Below are positions 7,996 through 17,625 of a stretch of DNA of 38,058 bases, one piece after another. Source of the DNA: Rhodoferax sp. (GTDB lineage Bacteria > Pseudomonadota > Gammaproteobacteria > Burkholderiales > Burkholderiaceae_C); assembly GCA_017880985.1 (NCBI GenBank), contig JADGRK010000001.1, positions 1-38,058 on the forward strand. Direction: 5' to 3'. The notes beneath the pieces were generated by a model. It saw only the letters and a list, made by a program, of their open reading frames with translations. It ran no database searches and was not told the DNA's origin. Both the position numbers and the translations under genes were made by a program. Position 1 is the first letter of the stretch. Each line of letters opens with the position of its first letter.

Positions 7996-8055
7996 TACCG
8001 GGAAGGGTTGGACGGTATAGCCCAAATGGGTAGCACCCAATACTCAACGAGGGGG
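7996..8055. promoter_or_regulatory. Phased TACCCAT-type operator array upstream of dsrA
   Basis: Core 8017-8035 atagcccaaatgggtagca is 18/19 identical to the reverse complement of 26072-26090; degenerate neighbours at 7996-8010 and 8041-8055. Confidence 0.6.
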
Positions 8056-8185
8056 ATAGCGTCATGGGCGTCCCGCGACCTACCATTTGCGCTAGAGTTG
8101 ATCAAGAAGTGCCCCCAGAGGCAAGCCATCAACAAAGCGGGTTTGAACGTTCGGCGCAGCCCCTGCGCCACCTGACAGGAGACAC

Positions 8186-9469
8186 ATGATGAGCAAAAAG
8201 CAACACGATACACCCATGCTGGACCAGCTCGAAAGCGGCCCGTGGCCCAGCTTTGTCACCGGCCTCAAGCGTTTGGCCAAAGACAGCGACTACATGACCG
8301 ATTTGTTGGGTCAACTTGAGCATTCTTACAAGACCCGAAAAGGCTATTGGAAAGGCGGCACCGTTGGCGTCTATGGCTATGGCGGCGGTGTGATTCCCCG
8401 TTTTTCCGAGGTGGCCGACATGTTCCCGGCCTCGAAAGAATTCCACACTATCCGGATTCAGCCAGCGGCGGGCATGCACTACAACACCGATGTGCTGCGC
8501 AAGATGTGTGATATCTGGGAACGTCACGGTTCGGGCCTGATCGCCTTTCATGGGCAATCGGGTGACATCATGTTCCAGGGTGCCACCTCTGCCAATGTGC
8601 AGGGGGCGTTCGATGAGCTCAATGAGCTCGGCTTTGACTTGGGAGGTGCCGGCCCCGCGGTGCGCACCAGCATGTCCTGTGTCGGTGCAGCGCGCTGCGA
8701 GCAATCGTGTTTTGACGAGGCACGGGCGCATCGTCAAGTGCTCAACACGTTTCTGGACGATATGCACCGCCCGGCGTTGCCTTACAAATTCAAGTTCAAA
8801 TTCTCCGGTTGCCCAAACGACTGCATGAATGCCATTCAGCGTGCCGACATGGCCGTCATTGGCACCTGGCGCGACAACATCCGCACCGATGAAGCCCTGG
8901 CGCGCAAGTGGTTCAACAAACATGGCTTGACCGAACTGGTCAATGATGTGGTCAGCCGTTGCCCCACCAAGGCGATCATGCTCAAGGAGAGCAAGAAAGT
9001 TTCCCAGGGTAAAAAGATCTCCAGCGTTGTTATCAACGAGACGCAGTCGCTTGAAATTGACAATGGCAACTGTGTGCGCTGTATGCACTGCATCAACGTC
9101 ATGACCGGCGCTTTGGCGGCGGGTACTGACAAGGGGGTCACGATTTTGATGGGCGGGAAACGCACGCTCAAAATCGGTGATCTGATGGGCACGGTGGTGG
9201 TCCCTTTCAAGTCGATGAAGACTGATGAAGACTACGAGTGGTTGGTTGAATTCGGTCAGAAGTCCATCGATTTCTTTGCCGAAAACGCACTCGAACACGA
9301 ACGCACCGGCGAGATGATCGAGCGTATTGGCTTGATCAACTTCCTGGAAGGCGTCGGGCTTGAAATTGACCCCAACATGGTCTCTACACCGCGTACCAAT
9401 CCTTATGTTCGCACCGACGGCTGGGACGAGGAAGTGGCCAAGATCAACGCCCGTAAAGCGGCAGCGTGA
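8186..9469 (+). CDS. dsrA: Reverse dissimilatory sulfite reductase alpha subunit
   Basis: TPMLDQLESGPWPSFV, WKGG.VGV.GYGGGVI, siroheme motif C-x5-C...GCPNDC, CVRCMHC. Confidence 0.98.
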   Translation: MMSKKQHDTPMLDQLESGPWPSFVTGLKRLAKDSDYMTDLLGQLEHSYKTRKGYWKGGTVGVYGYGGGVIPRFSEVADMFPASKEFHTIRIQPAAGMHYNTDVLRKMCDIWERHGSGLIAFHGQSGDIMFQGATSANVQGAFDELNELGFDLGGAGPAVRTSMSCVGAARCEQSCFDEARAHRQVLNTFLDDMHRPALPYKFKFKFSGCPNDCMNAIQRADMAVIGTWRDNIRTDEALARKWFNKHGLTELVNDVVSRCPTKAIMLKESKKVSQGKKISSVVINETQSLEIDNGNCVRCMHCINVMTGALAAGTDKGVTILMGGKRTLKIGDLMGTVVVPFKSMKTDEDYEWLVEFGQKSIDFFAENALEHERTGEMIERIGLINFLEGVGLEIDPNMVSTPRTNPYVRTDGWDEEVAKINARKAAA

Positions 9470-9478
9470 GACGAAAAA

Positions 9479-9492
9479 AGCTCTGTCCTCAA
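9479..9492 (+). repeat. Half-copy of the dispersed hairpin element (agctctgtcctcaa)
   Basis: Exact reverse complement of 32592-32605; lies in the dsrA-dsrB spacer. Confidence 0.7.
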
Positions 9493-9517
9493 TTTATCAA
9501 GAAACAGGAAGACAAAA

Positions 9518-10591
9518 ATGGCAACTACTATGCGCACCCCGATTGAAAGCGGCGTCCCGGATAACAAACAGTTCTTGCATCCGCTCATGCTCAAGAACTA
9601 TGGCAACTGGAAATACCATGACCGGCCGCGTGTCGGCGTGTTGCACCACGTTTCCCATACCGGCGATGAACTGTGGACGGTGCGCGTTGGCACCCAAAGG
9701 ACGATGGATCTGTACACGGTCCGCAAGCTTTGTGATATTGCCGATACTTACGCTGACGGCTATGTACGATTCACAACCCGCAGCAATATGGAGTTCATGG
9801 TCTCGGACGGCACACGTGTGGCACCCCTGGCCGAGGCCCTCAGCAGCAGTGGTTTTCCGGTCGGCGGGACCGGCAACTCGGTGTCCTCCATTTCACACAC
9901 CCAGGGCTGGCTGCACTGCGACATTCCTGGCACTGACGCCGCAGGCGCAGTCAAAGCGCTGATGGACGAATTACACGCCGAGTTCATCAAGGAAGAAATG
10001 CCCAATCGGGTGCACTTGTCATCCTCCTGCTGCGAAATCAATTGTGGTGGTCAGGCCGACATTGCCATCATCATGCAGCACACCAAACCACCAAAAATCA
10101 ACCACGATCTGGTCGCCATGATGTGCGAGCGACCGACGGTGGTGGCACGCTGCCCGGTGGCTGCCATCCGACCTGCGATGGTGAACGGCAAACCTTCGCT
10201 CGAAATTGACGAAACCAAATGCATGTGTTGTGGCGCTTGCTACCCACCCTGCCCTCCGATGCAGATCAATGACCCCGAATACAGCAAGCTGGCGATCTGG
10301 GTCGGTGGCAAGAATTCCAATGCCCGTAGCAAACCCACGTTTATGAAAATGGTAGCTTCGGGTCTGCCCAACAACCCCCCGCGCTGGCCTGAGGTTTCAG
10401 CCGTCGTCAAGAAGATCCTGTACGCCTACAAGGAAGATGGACGGGCTTGGGAGCGCATGTCGGACTGGATCGAGCGCATTGGCTGGCCGCAATTTTTCGA
10501 AAAATGCGATCTGCCCTTTACCAAATACCTGATCGACGACTGGCGCGGATCGCGCTCGAGCTTGAACGCATCGACCCATATTCGCTTCTAA
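9518..10591 (+). CDS. dsrB: Reverse dissimilatory sulfite reductase beta subunit
   Basis: NYGNWKYH, RFTTRSN.EF, HTQGWLHC, CMCCGAC, WIERIGW. Confidence 0.98.
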   Translation: MATTMRTPIESGVPDNKQFLHPLMLKNYGNWKYHDRPRVGVLHHVSHTGDELWTVRVGTQRTMDLYTVRKLCDIADTYADGYVRFTTRSNMEFMVSDGTRVAPLAEALSSSGFPVGGTGNSVSSISHTQGWLHCDIPGTDAAGAVKALMDELHAEFIKEEMPNRVHLSSSCCEINCGGQADIAIIMQHTKPPKINHDLVAMMCERPTVVARCPVAAIRPAMVNGKPSLEIDETKCMCCGACYPPCPPMQINDPEYSKLAIWVGGKNSNARSKPTFMKMVASGLPNNPPRWPEVSAVVKKILYAYKEDGRAWERMSDWIERIGWPQFFEKCDLPFTKYLIDDWRGSRSSLNASTHIRF

Positions 10592-10615
10592 CTTCAACCC
10601 GGAACCAAGCTCACC

Positions 10616-10975
10616 ATGAAATTTGGCTTACTTGTCAGCGAAGGCCCTTACACGCACCAGGCGTCCGACAGTGCCTACCAATTTGTCGTGGCTGCATTAG
10701 CCAAAGGACATGAAATTCAGCGCGTCTTCTTCTATCACGACGGTGTCAATAATGCGACCCGGCTGACGGAGCCACCGCAGGACGACCGTCACGTGGTGAA
10801 CCGCTGGTCGGCGCTGGCAGCCGCTAACAAGGTGGATCTGGTCGTCTGTGTGGCCGCAGCGTTGCGCCGAGGCATCAAGGAAGAAGTCCTGGCACCGGGT
10901 TTTCGCATCTCGGGTTTGGGCCAATTGATAGACAGTGCGATCAAGGCAGACCGGGTCGTCGTGTTTGGTGACTAA
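10616..10975 (+). CDS. dsrE: Sulfurtransferase DsrE
   Basis: FFYHDGV, active-site VVCVAAALRRG, ISGLGQL. Confidence 0.95.
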   Translation: MKFGLLVSEGPYTHQASDSAYQFVVAALAKGHEIQRVFFYHDGVNNATRLTEPPQDDRHVVNRWSALAAANKVDLVVCVAAALRRGIKEEVLAPGFRISGLGQLIDSAIKADRVVVFGD

Positions 10976-11000
10976 TCAGCTAAAGAGAAGAGAGCCAAGA

Positions 11001-11396
11001 ATGAGTGAACAGCAACCCAGCCCGGCGGGCGGGCCCAAGGTGAAGAAATTCATGATCGTCAACCGTAAGGCGCCCTACGGAACGATCTATGCACTGGAGA
11101 GTTTGGAGGTGGTTTTGATCGCCGCTACCTTTGACCAGGACGTCAGCCTGGTTTTTATCGATGATGGCGTCTATGAGCTGGTCAAAGGCCAGCAAACCAA
11201 GGGTATCGGCGTCAAAAACTTCTCACCCAGCTACCGCGCACTGGAAGACTACGATGTTGAAAAGCTCTATGTCGATCGGGCCTCAATGGATCAACGCGGC
11301 TTGACCGAGAGTGACCTTCTGGTACCCGTCGCGGTGCTTGACGCCCAACAAATGGGCCAGCTTATGGCGCAACAGGACGTGATCCTGAGCTTCTGA
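11001..11396 (+). CDS. dsrF: DsrF
   Basis: NRKAPYGTIYALESLE, FIDDGVY; start moved to ATG 11001. Confidence 0.95.
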   Translation: MSEQQPSPAGGPKVKKFMIVNRKAPYGTIYALESLEVVLIAATFDQDVSLVFIDDGVYELVKGQQTKGIGVKNFSPSYRALEDYDVEKLYVDRASMDQRGLTESDLLVPVAVLDAQQMGQLMAQQDVILSF

Positions 11397-11411
11397 CGAC
11401 GAGAACAAACC

Positions 11412-11711
11412 ATGTTGCACATCATTAACAAATCACCCTTTGAAACCAACACGCTGGACACCTGCTTGCGAATGGCGCAACCCGGCCACGCCTTGCTCTT
11501 GATTGAGGATGGTGTCTATGCCGCGACCAAGGGCAGCGCCGCCGAAGAGCGCGTACGCGAAGCCTGCACAACGCTCAAGGTCTATGCACTGCAACCTGAT
11601 ATGGATGCCCGCGGTGTGACCGGCAAAGTCATCGATGGTGTGACCCTCGTGGACTACGGCGGCTTTGTGGATTTGGCCGAGCAGCACGATACGTCGCATT
11701 CCTGGCTGTGA
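11412..11711 (+). CDS. dsrH: DsrH
   Basis: MLHIINKSP, LLIEDGVY, DYGGFVDL, SWL end. Confidence 0.95.
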   Translation: MLHIINKSPFETNTLDTCLRMAQPGHALLLIEDGVYAATKGSAAEERVREACTTLKVYALQPDMDARGVTGKVIDGVTLVDYGGFVDLAEQHDTSHSWL

Positions 11712-11753
11712 CACTCACAGAGTGCAGCAATCAATTTTTACCTGGAGATAATT

Positions 11754-12086
11754 ATGAGCTTTGAAATTAATGGCAAGACCTATGAAACGGACGAAGAGGG
11801 CTACCTGCTGAACCTGGCGGAATGGACCAAAGATGCGGCCGAACACATGGCCGAAGAAGAAAAGGTTCCTTTGACAGACAGCCACTGGGAAGTCATCAAT
11901 TTCCTGCGCGAGTACTACAACGAGTACCAGATTGCACCGGCCGTGCGCGTGTTGACAAAAGCCATTGGCAAGAAGTTTGGCGCGGAAAAAGGCAACAGCA
12001 AATACCTGTATGACTTGTTCCCTTACGGGCCGGCCAAACAGGCTTGCAAGATCGCCGGCCTGCCCAAACCGACAGGCTGCATTTGA
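11754..12086 (+). CDS. dsrC: Canonical DsrC
   Basis: Both C-terminal cysteines (ACKIAGLPKPTGCI, C-x10-C); position after dsrEFH. Confidence 0.97.
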   Translation: MSFEINGKTYETDEEGYLLNLAEWTKDAAEHMAEEEKVPLTDSHWEVINFLREYYNEYQIAPAVRVLTKAIGKKFGAEKGNSKYLYDLFPYGPAKQACKIAGLPKPTGCI

Positions 12087-12108
12087 CCTGAACGGCGGGC
12101 GTGAAACC

Positions 12109-12843
12109 ATGTCAATGTTGACAATTTTTTATACGGTTTTGTTTTACGCCGCCAGCGGCGTGTTGGTTATTGGCTTGGTTCGCAAGATACGCTGCTACGC
12201 CATAACCCCGGCACCGTTGAAGATTCCAACGACCCCTGCTCCGACCACTGCGGCGGGGGTGAGATGGCGCATGGCGCGTGAAGTTGTGTTATTCGAGAGT
12301 CTGTTCAAGTCCAGCAAATGGACCTGGATTTTTGGCTGGGCCTTTCATGTGACGCTGTTGCTGGTTGTATTACGCCACTTGCGCTACTTCCAGGAGCCGG
12401 TGTGGCTGCCCGTTGTATTGATTCAACCGTTTGGCACTTATGCCGGGTTTGCCATGCTGGCGGCCCTGGCTGGACTGTGGGCACGGCGCTGGCTGATTGA
12501 CCGTGTGCGATACATTTCGACGCCATCCGATCATCTGATGCTGGCACTGTTGCTGACCATCGCCCTGAGTGGTCTACTCATGCGTTTCGTTGCCCACACC
12601 GATATTCTGGCGGTGAAGGCGTTTGTACTCGGCTTGATGCGCTTTGATTGGCAGCCTTTGCCCGCTGATCCAATCTTGCTGTTGCATCTGGCGCTGGTGG
12701 CCTTGCTTATGTTGATTTTTCCGATCAGCAAGCTGCTGCACGCACCCGGTCTGTTTTTCAGTCCGACCCGTAACCAGGCGGATAACGCCCGCGAAGTGCG
12801 CCACATCTCGGCTTGGGCTGCCGCGCTGGACAAGAAAGCCTAG
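12109..12843 (+). CDS. dsrM: DsrM, NarI-type b cytochrome
   Basis: Multiple TM helices, His ligands (FHV, LRH, LHL, SKLLH), RNQ.DN; start moved to ATG 12109. Confidence 0.93.
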   Translation: MSMLTIFYTVLFYAASGVLVIGLVRKIRCYAITPAPLKIPTTPAPTTAAGVRWRMAREVVLFESLFKSSKWTWIFGWAFHVTLLLVVLRHLRYFQEPVWLPVVLIQPFGTYAGFAMLAALAGLWARRWLIDRVRYISTPSDHLMLALLLTIALSGLLMRFVAHTDILAVKAFVLGLMRFDWQPLPADPILLLHLALVALLMLIFPISKLLHAPGLFFSPTRNQADNAREVRHISAWAAALDKKA

Positions 12844-12852
12844 GAATTCACC

Positions 12853-14346
12853 ATGGCTACCGCCGCGTTCGAAACCCCCAAGCTGAAAAGCTACCCGGTC
12901 ATTCCCCTGGTGCAAGTGGGTGCGATGGCGCACATCAAGTCGTTTCCGGCTGCCGCTCCGATCCAGAAGACGCTCGGGTTTCCAGAAGCACTGGTTGAGG
13001 ACTGGCAGTCCAAAGCGATTGCCAAGATGGGTGAATTGCTGGGCAAGTACAAATCGCTTCAGGTGTACATGGATGCCTGCGTGCACTGCGGAGCGTGCTC
13101 CGACAAATGCCACTATTTCTTGGGCACCGCAGACCCCAAGAACATGCCGGTAGCGCGTCAGGATTTGATGCGTAAGATTTATCGGCGCTATTTCACATTG
13201 GCCGGTAAATATTTCCCCAAACTGGTGGGCGCGGTGGATCTGACACGCGAGGTGTTGGACGAGTGGTATAGCTATTTCAACCAGTGTTCCGAGTGTCGCC
13301 GTTGCTCGGTCTTCTGCCCTTATGGCATCGACACCGCCGAGATCACCATGGCCGCGCGCGAGATCATGGATTCGATCGGGCTGGGGCAAAAATATACCAA
13401 CGAAATTATTGGAAAAGTACACAACATCGGCAACAACCTGGGTATGCCGGGGCCGGCACTGAGAAATACGCTGGAAGGCGTGGAAGAAGACACCAAGGAC
13501 GAGACCGGCCTTGACATCAAGTTTCCGCTTGATGTCAAGGGTGCCGAGGTTCTGTTCATCACGCCTTCAGCGGATTTTTTTGCCGAACCTCACATTGAGA
13601 GTCTGATCGGTTACGCCAAGGTATTCCATGCCGCAGGCATCAGTTGGACCATGAGTTCACACGCTTCGGAGGCTGGCAACTTCGGCATGTTTATTGGCAA
13701 CTACGAGAACATGCGCAGGGTCGCTTTGCGGGTGCGTGAAGCCGCTCTGGAGCTGGGGGTTAAGCGCATCGTGGTCGGCGAGTGCGGTCACGCCTGGCGC
13801 GTGGCCTATAGTTTCTGGAACACCTTGATTGGCCCGTTTGATTACCTCGATCCCCGCTACCCGGTGCCGCAGCACATCTGCGAGTTCACTGACGATCTGA
13901 TTCAGCGCGGTGCGTTGCAGTTTGATAAAGAAGCCAATGACGATCGCATCATTACTTTTCACGATTCCTGCAATGTAGCCCGCGGCTCACGCATGGGCAA
14001 CATGCCCGGCGGTCAGTTCATCATTCCACGTCGCATCATTACGTCGGTCGCCAACCATTTCTACGACATGGCGCCCGAAACCATCCACGAAAATACATTT
14101 TGTTGTGGTGGAGGCGGCGGTCTACTCACCGATGATCTGATGGAACTGCGTGTCAAGGGTGCATTGCCCCGCGTAGAAGCTTTAAAGAATGTGGTGGATG
14201 AGCATGGCGTGAATTTCATGGTCATGATCTGCGCCATTTGCAAGTCCCAGTTCACCAAGGTGCTGCCCTACTATGGCTTCAACATGAGCATGGTGGGCGG
14301 TGTCCATCAGTTGGTCAGCAAGGCCATTCGCCTGGGCGACAAGTAG
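12853..14346 (+). CDS. dsrK: DsrK, HdrD-like Fe-S subunit
   Basis: CVHCGACSDKC, CSECRRCSVFCP, GECGH, FHDSC, CCGGGGG, CAIC. Confidence 0.96.
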   Translation: MATAAFETPKLKSYPVIPLVQVGAMAHIKSFPAAAPIQKTLGFPEALVEDWQSKAIAKMGELLGKYKSLQVYMDACVHCGACSDKCHYFLGTADPKNMPVARQDLMRKIYRRYFTLAGKYFPKLVGAVDLTREVLDEWYSYFNQCSECRRCSVFCPYGIDTAEITMAAREIMDSIGLGQKYTNEIIGKVHNIGNNLGMPGPALRNTLEGVEEDTKDETGLDIKFPLDVKGAEVLFITPSADFFAEPHIESLIGYAKVFHAAGISWTMSSHASEAGNFGMFIGNYENMRRVALRVREAALELGVKRIVVGECGHAWRVAYSFWNTLIGPFDYLDPRYPVPQHICEFTDDLIQRGALQFDKEANDDRIITFHDSCNVARGSRMGNMPGGQFIIPRRIITSVANHFYDMAPETIHENTFCCGGGGGLLTDDLMELRVKGALPRVEALKNVVDEHGVNFMVMICAICKSQFTKVLPYYGFNMSMVGGVHQLVSKAIRLGDK

Positions 14347-14389
14347 CTCTGCCCGTTCGCCATTAATACAAATGCCAGGAGACTCCAAT

Positions 14390-16348
14390 ATGTCCGTCAG
14401 CACCGAAGCCGTTACCGTCAAACCACTCAGCTTTCGCCGTTACAAAGATGGCGACAGCACGGTAAAAACCTGGCAGTCGCAAATTTTTGACGCGGGTCAT
14501 TCGCACAAGTGTCCGACTTATATTCAGAGCACGCCACCCTGCCAGGGCAGTTGCCCGGCTGGCGAGGACATTCGCAGCTATCTCAACATCGTGCGCGGCA
14601 TCGAGAAGCCACCAGCCGGCATGGTCTGGCAGGAATACGCGTTTCGCCGTTTGACCGAGGCCAACCCCTTTCCCTCCGTCATGGGGCGAGTCTGCCCGGC
14701 GCCCTGCGAGTCGGGTTGTAACCGCAACCAGGTGGATGATTTTGTCGGTATCAACTCAGTGGAGCATTTTCTGGGGGACTACGCGATTCAGAACAAGTTA
14801 GCGTTCGCCAAGCCAGCGACGCAAAGTGGAAAGAAGGTAGCTGTCATTGGCGGCGGCCCGGCGGGTCTGTCAACCGCCTATCAGCTCACGCTCAAGGGGC
14901 ACGAGGTCACAGTATTTGACGAGCGCGCCGAACTCGGCGGCATGATGCGTTACGGCATTCCAGGTTTTCGCACGCCACGCGATGTGCTTGATGCCGAGAT
15001 CCAGCGCATCCTGGACTTGGGCGTAAAGACCCGCATGAACTGCCGCATCGGCACCGATATTACGATGGCGCAAATTCGCGCCCAGTTTGACGCCGTGTTC
15101 CTGGGGCTGGGCGCGCAAGCCGGTCGGGCGCTGGCGGTAGAGGGTGCCGATGCCCCCAACTGCGTCACCGCCACCTCGTTCCTCAAGGCTTTCAACGACG
15201 GGCGTTTGCGCCATGTGGGCAAACGCGTGGTGGTGATTGGCGGCGGCGACACCTCGATCGACGTGGCCACCGTGGCGCGCCGTCTGGGCCACATCGACAA
15301 AATCAACGAATCTGATCGACCCGAACACGCCATTGCCGGTCGTGTGGCACATGATGTGGCTGAAGTCTCGGCGCGCCAGGGCGCGGAAGTAACGCTGACC
15401 TCGGTTTTCACCACCGACAAGATGCAGGCCACCAAACACGAGGTGGAGCAGGCGCTGGCTGAGGGCATCACCATTCGTGGCGGCATGGCGCCCGTAGGCG
15501 TGGTGCGTGGGCCGGACGGACGCGCCACCGGACTGCGCGTAGTGCGCTGCGAGGCCAAGATCGTGGGGGGTCGGCTGGAGATCAAAAACATCGAAGGCAC
15601 AGAAGAAGTCATTCCCGCCGACCTGATCGTCTCCGCCATTGGTCAAGCCGTTGATTTCACCGGACTCGACGAATTCAACAACGGCAAAGGCGCCATCAAC
15701 AGCGACAAGAACTATCAGGTTCAGGGGCAGCCCGGCTTCTTTGTAGGTGGAGATGTAGTGCGACCCCATCTGTTGACCACGGCCATTGGGCACGGCGCGA
15801 TTGCGGCGGATGGCATTGATCGGTTCCTGCAAAACGAAGCCCCCGACAAGCGCCCCAAGATTGACGTGCATGTCTTCGACCTGAAACGCAAAATGCTGGA
15901 AAAAGGCTACGCCTTCAACGAAGTACATGAGCCCATCCGTGGCACCGACAAGAGCACGGCGGCGATCCATAATTTTGACAATCGCTCGGACCGGTATGTG
16001 ATTTCGCACAAGGAACTGTTCCTGGGTCACTTCCCCTACGTTGCGCGCAATCGCCGTGGCGTGGTGACGCTCACTGCCGAGCAGGCTTTGAACAATTTTG
16101 AGGAGCGCCTGCAAGCGCTGCTGGAGACCCAGGCCCAGGCCGAAGCCAAGCGCTGCATGAGTTGCGGCCAGTGTTTCGAGTGCGACAACTGCGTGGTTTA
16201 TTGTCCCCAGGTGGCGGTGTTCAAGGTACCCAAGTCGAAAGCGACGATCGGACGCTATGTCGACACCGATTACAGCAAGTGCATTGGCTGCCACATCTGT
16301 GCTGACGTCTGTCCTACGGGCTATATCCAGATGGGCTTAGGGGACTAG
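14390..16348 (+). CDS. dsrL: DsrL, NAD(P)H:rDsrAB oxidoreductase
   Basis: PPCQGSCPAG, GRVCPAPCE, GGGPAG, GGGDT, RCMSCGQCFECDNC and C-terminal ferredoxin; start ATG 14390 with AGGAG. Confidence 0.95.
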   Translation: MSVSTEAVTVKPLSFRRYKDGDSTVKTWQSQIFDAGHSHKCPTYIQSTPPCQGSCPAGEDIRSYLNIVRGIEKPPAGMVWQEYAFRRLTEANPFPSVMGRVCPAPCESGCNRNQVDDFVGINSVEHFLGDYAIQNKLAFAKPATQSGKKVAVIGGGPAGLSTAYQLTLKGHEVTVFDERAELGGMMRYGIPGFRTPRDVLDAEIQRILDLGVKTRMNCRIGTDITMAQIRAQFDAVFLGLGAQAGRALAVEGADAPNCVTATSFLKAFNDGRLRHVGKRVVVIGGGDTSIDVATVARRLGHIDKINESDRPEHAIAGRVAHDVAEVSARQGAEVTLTSVFTTDKMQATKHEVEQALAEGITIRGGMAPVGVVRGPDGRATGLRVVRCEAKIVGGRLEIKNIEGTEEVIPADLIVSAIGQAVDFTGLDEFNNGKGAINSDKNYQVQGQPGFFVGGDVVRPHLLTTAIGHGAIAADGIDRFLQNEAPDKRPKIDVHVFDLKRKMLEKGYAFNEVHEPIRGTDKSTAAIHNFDNRSDRYVISHKELFLGHFPYVARNRRGVVTLTAEQALNNFEERLQALLETQAQAEAKRCMSCGQCFECDNCVVYCPQVAVFKVPKSKATIGRYVDTDYSKCIGCHICADVCPTGYIQMGLGD

Positions 16349-16350
16349 CT

Positions 16351-16824
16351 GTGCTCGGACGACTGTTCGGTTTGATCCTGTTGTTGGCAGCAATACCGGC
16401 CGGGTGGGCGGACGCACTGGCACCTCAGGTCGCTGCAAGCCGGGTGCTACAACCTGTGATTGAGACTGCCCGTGGTGGTCAATGTGTGGAAGCACCCGCG
16501 TTCATGCGTCGCAACCACATGAAACTACTCATGCATCAACGCGATGACACGCTGCGCGGCGGCATTCGCACCGGCAAGTACTCTCTGAAAGCGTGCGTTG
16601 CCTGTCACGCCAGTCAAACCAGTCAGAGTGTCAATGCCGACCCCAGCAATTTTTGTCAGAGTTGCCACAACTACGCAGCGGTCAAGATTGACTGCTTTGA
16701 GTGCCATGCCAATACACCACCCGCCAATGCTCCACACCCAGCGGTGTCTGAAAATAAATTGGGCAATCAGCCGGTGAATCTGCAGTTGCAAGCGAGGTTG
16801 GCACAGCAACAGGTCAAGCCATGA
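16351..16824 (+). CDS. dsrJ: DsrJ triheme cytochrome c
   Basis: Three CxxCH (CVACH, CQSCH, CFECH), MRRNHM motif, signal peptide; GTG start. Confidence 0.92.
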   Translation: MLGRLFGLILLLAAIPAGWADALAPQVAASRVLQPVIETARGGQCVEAPAFMRRNHMKLLMHQRDDTLRGGIRTGKYSLKACVACHASQTSQSVNADPSNFCQSCHNYAAVKIDCFECHANTPPANAPHPAVSENKLGNQPVNLQLQARLAQQQVKP

Positions 16825-17600
16825 AGCACGAGAACACGACTCCTCCCAATGACGCTGCCGACACCGCATCCAAGCGCCGTGGTTTTTTGGCTGTCGCCGC
16901 CGCTGGTCTGGCGGGCATTGTGCTCGCGCCAGGGGTTCGACTGATCGAGATGGCACAGGCGACGCCGCTCGGCAGTGCCAGCAGCACGGGTGCCAGCAGC
17001 AAGGTTCGCTGGGGCATGTTGATTGACAGCGGCAAGTGCAGCAGGGACTGCACTGACTGTGTGACAGCCTGCAATACCGAAAATGGACTCTCGGGTGGCA
17101 CCCTGCCAACCGATTCCCAGTGGATTCGCAAACTCGAAATCAAGGAAGTACGCACCGGTAAAACACAGTTTCTGCCAATGATGTGCCAGCACTGTGCCGA
17201 GCCACCTTGTGTCGATGTGTGCCCGACAGGAGCTTCTTTCAAACGCGCCGATGGCATCGTGCTGGTGGACAAGCACATATGCATTGGCTGCCGCTATTGC
17301 CTGATGGCCTGCCCTTACAAAGCACGCTCCTTTGTCCATCAACCCTTGACCCATCAAAAAACCGATGTCCCCCGTGGTATGGGGACGGCAGAGGCATGCA
17401 CATTTTGTGTTCACAGGGTGGATCGTGGCGAGCAGCCGGCCTGTGTCAGTGCCTGCTCGGAAGCGGGCCACGCTGCAATTCTCTTTGGCGACCTCAATGA
17501 TCCCGCAAGCGAGATCGCCAAACGGGTCGCCAGTTACCCCTCGCGTCAGATTCGTGAAGACCTGAATCTGAACACCGGCGTGCGCTACAGCGGCATTTGA
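16821..17600 (+). CDS. dsrO: DsrO periplasmic Fe-S protein
   Basis: Tat KRRGFL; CQHCAEPPCVDVCP, CIGCRYCLMACP, CTFC. Confidence 0.93.
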   Translation: MKHENTTPPNDAADTASKRRGFLAVAAAGLAGIVLAPGVRLIEMAQATPLGSASSTGASSKVRWGMLIDSGKCSRDCTDCVTACNTENGLSGGTLPTDSQWIRKLEIKEVRTGKTQFLPMMCQHCAEPPCVDVCPTGASFKRADGIVLVDKHICIGCRYCLMACPYKARSFVHQPLTHQKTDVPRGMGTAEACTFCVHRVDRGEQPACVSACSEAGHAAILFGDLNDPASEIAKRVASYPSRQIREDLNLNTGVRYSGI

Positions 17601-17625
17601 AGAAAGAACGGCTGAGGAATCCAGG

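Noticed and set aside
8129-9298. Long antisense ORFs (also 14870-16294, 34231-35610, 36011-37033 and others)
   Set aside because: Shadow frames of well-supported genes caused by GC-rich codon bias.
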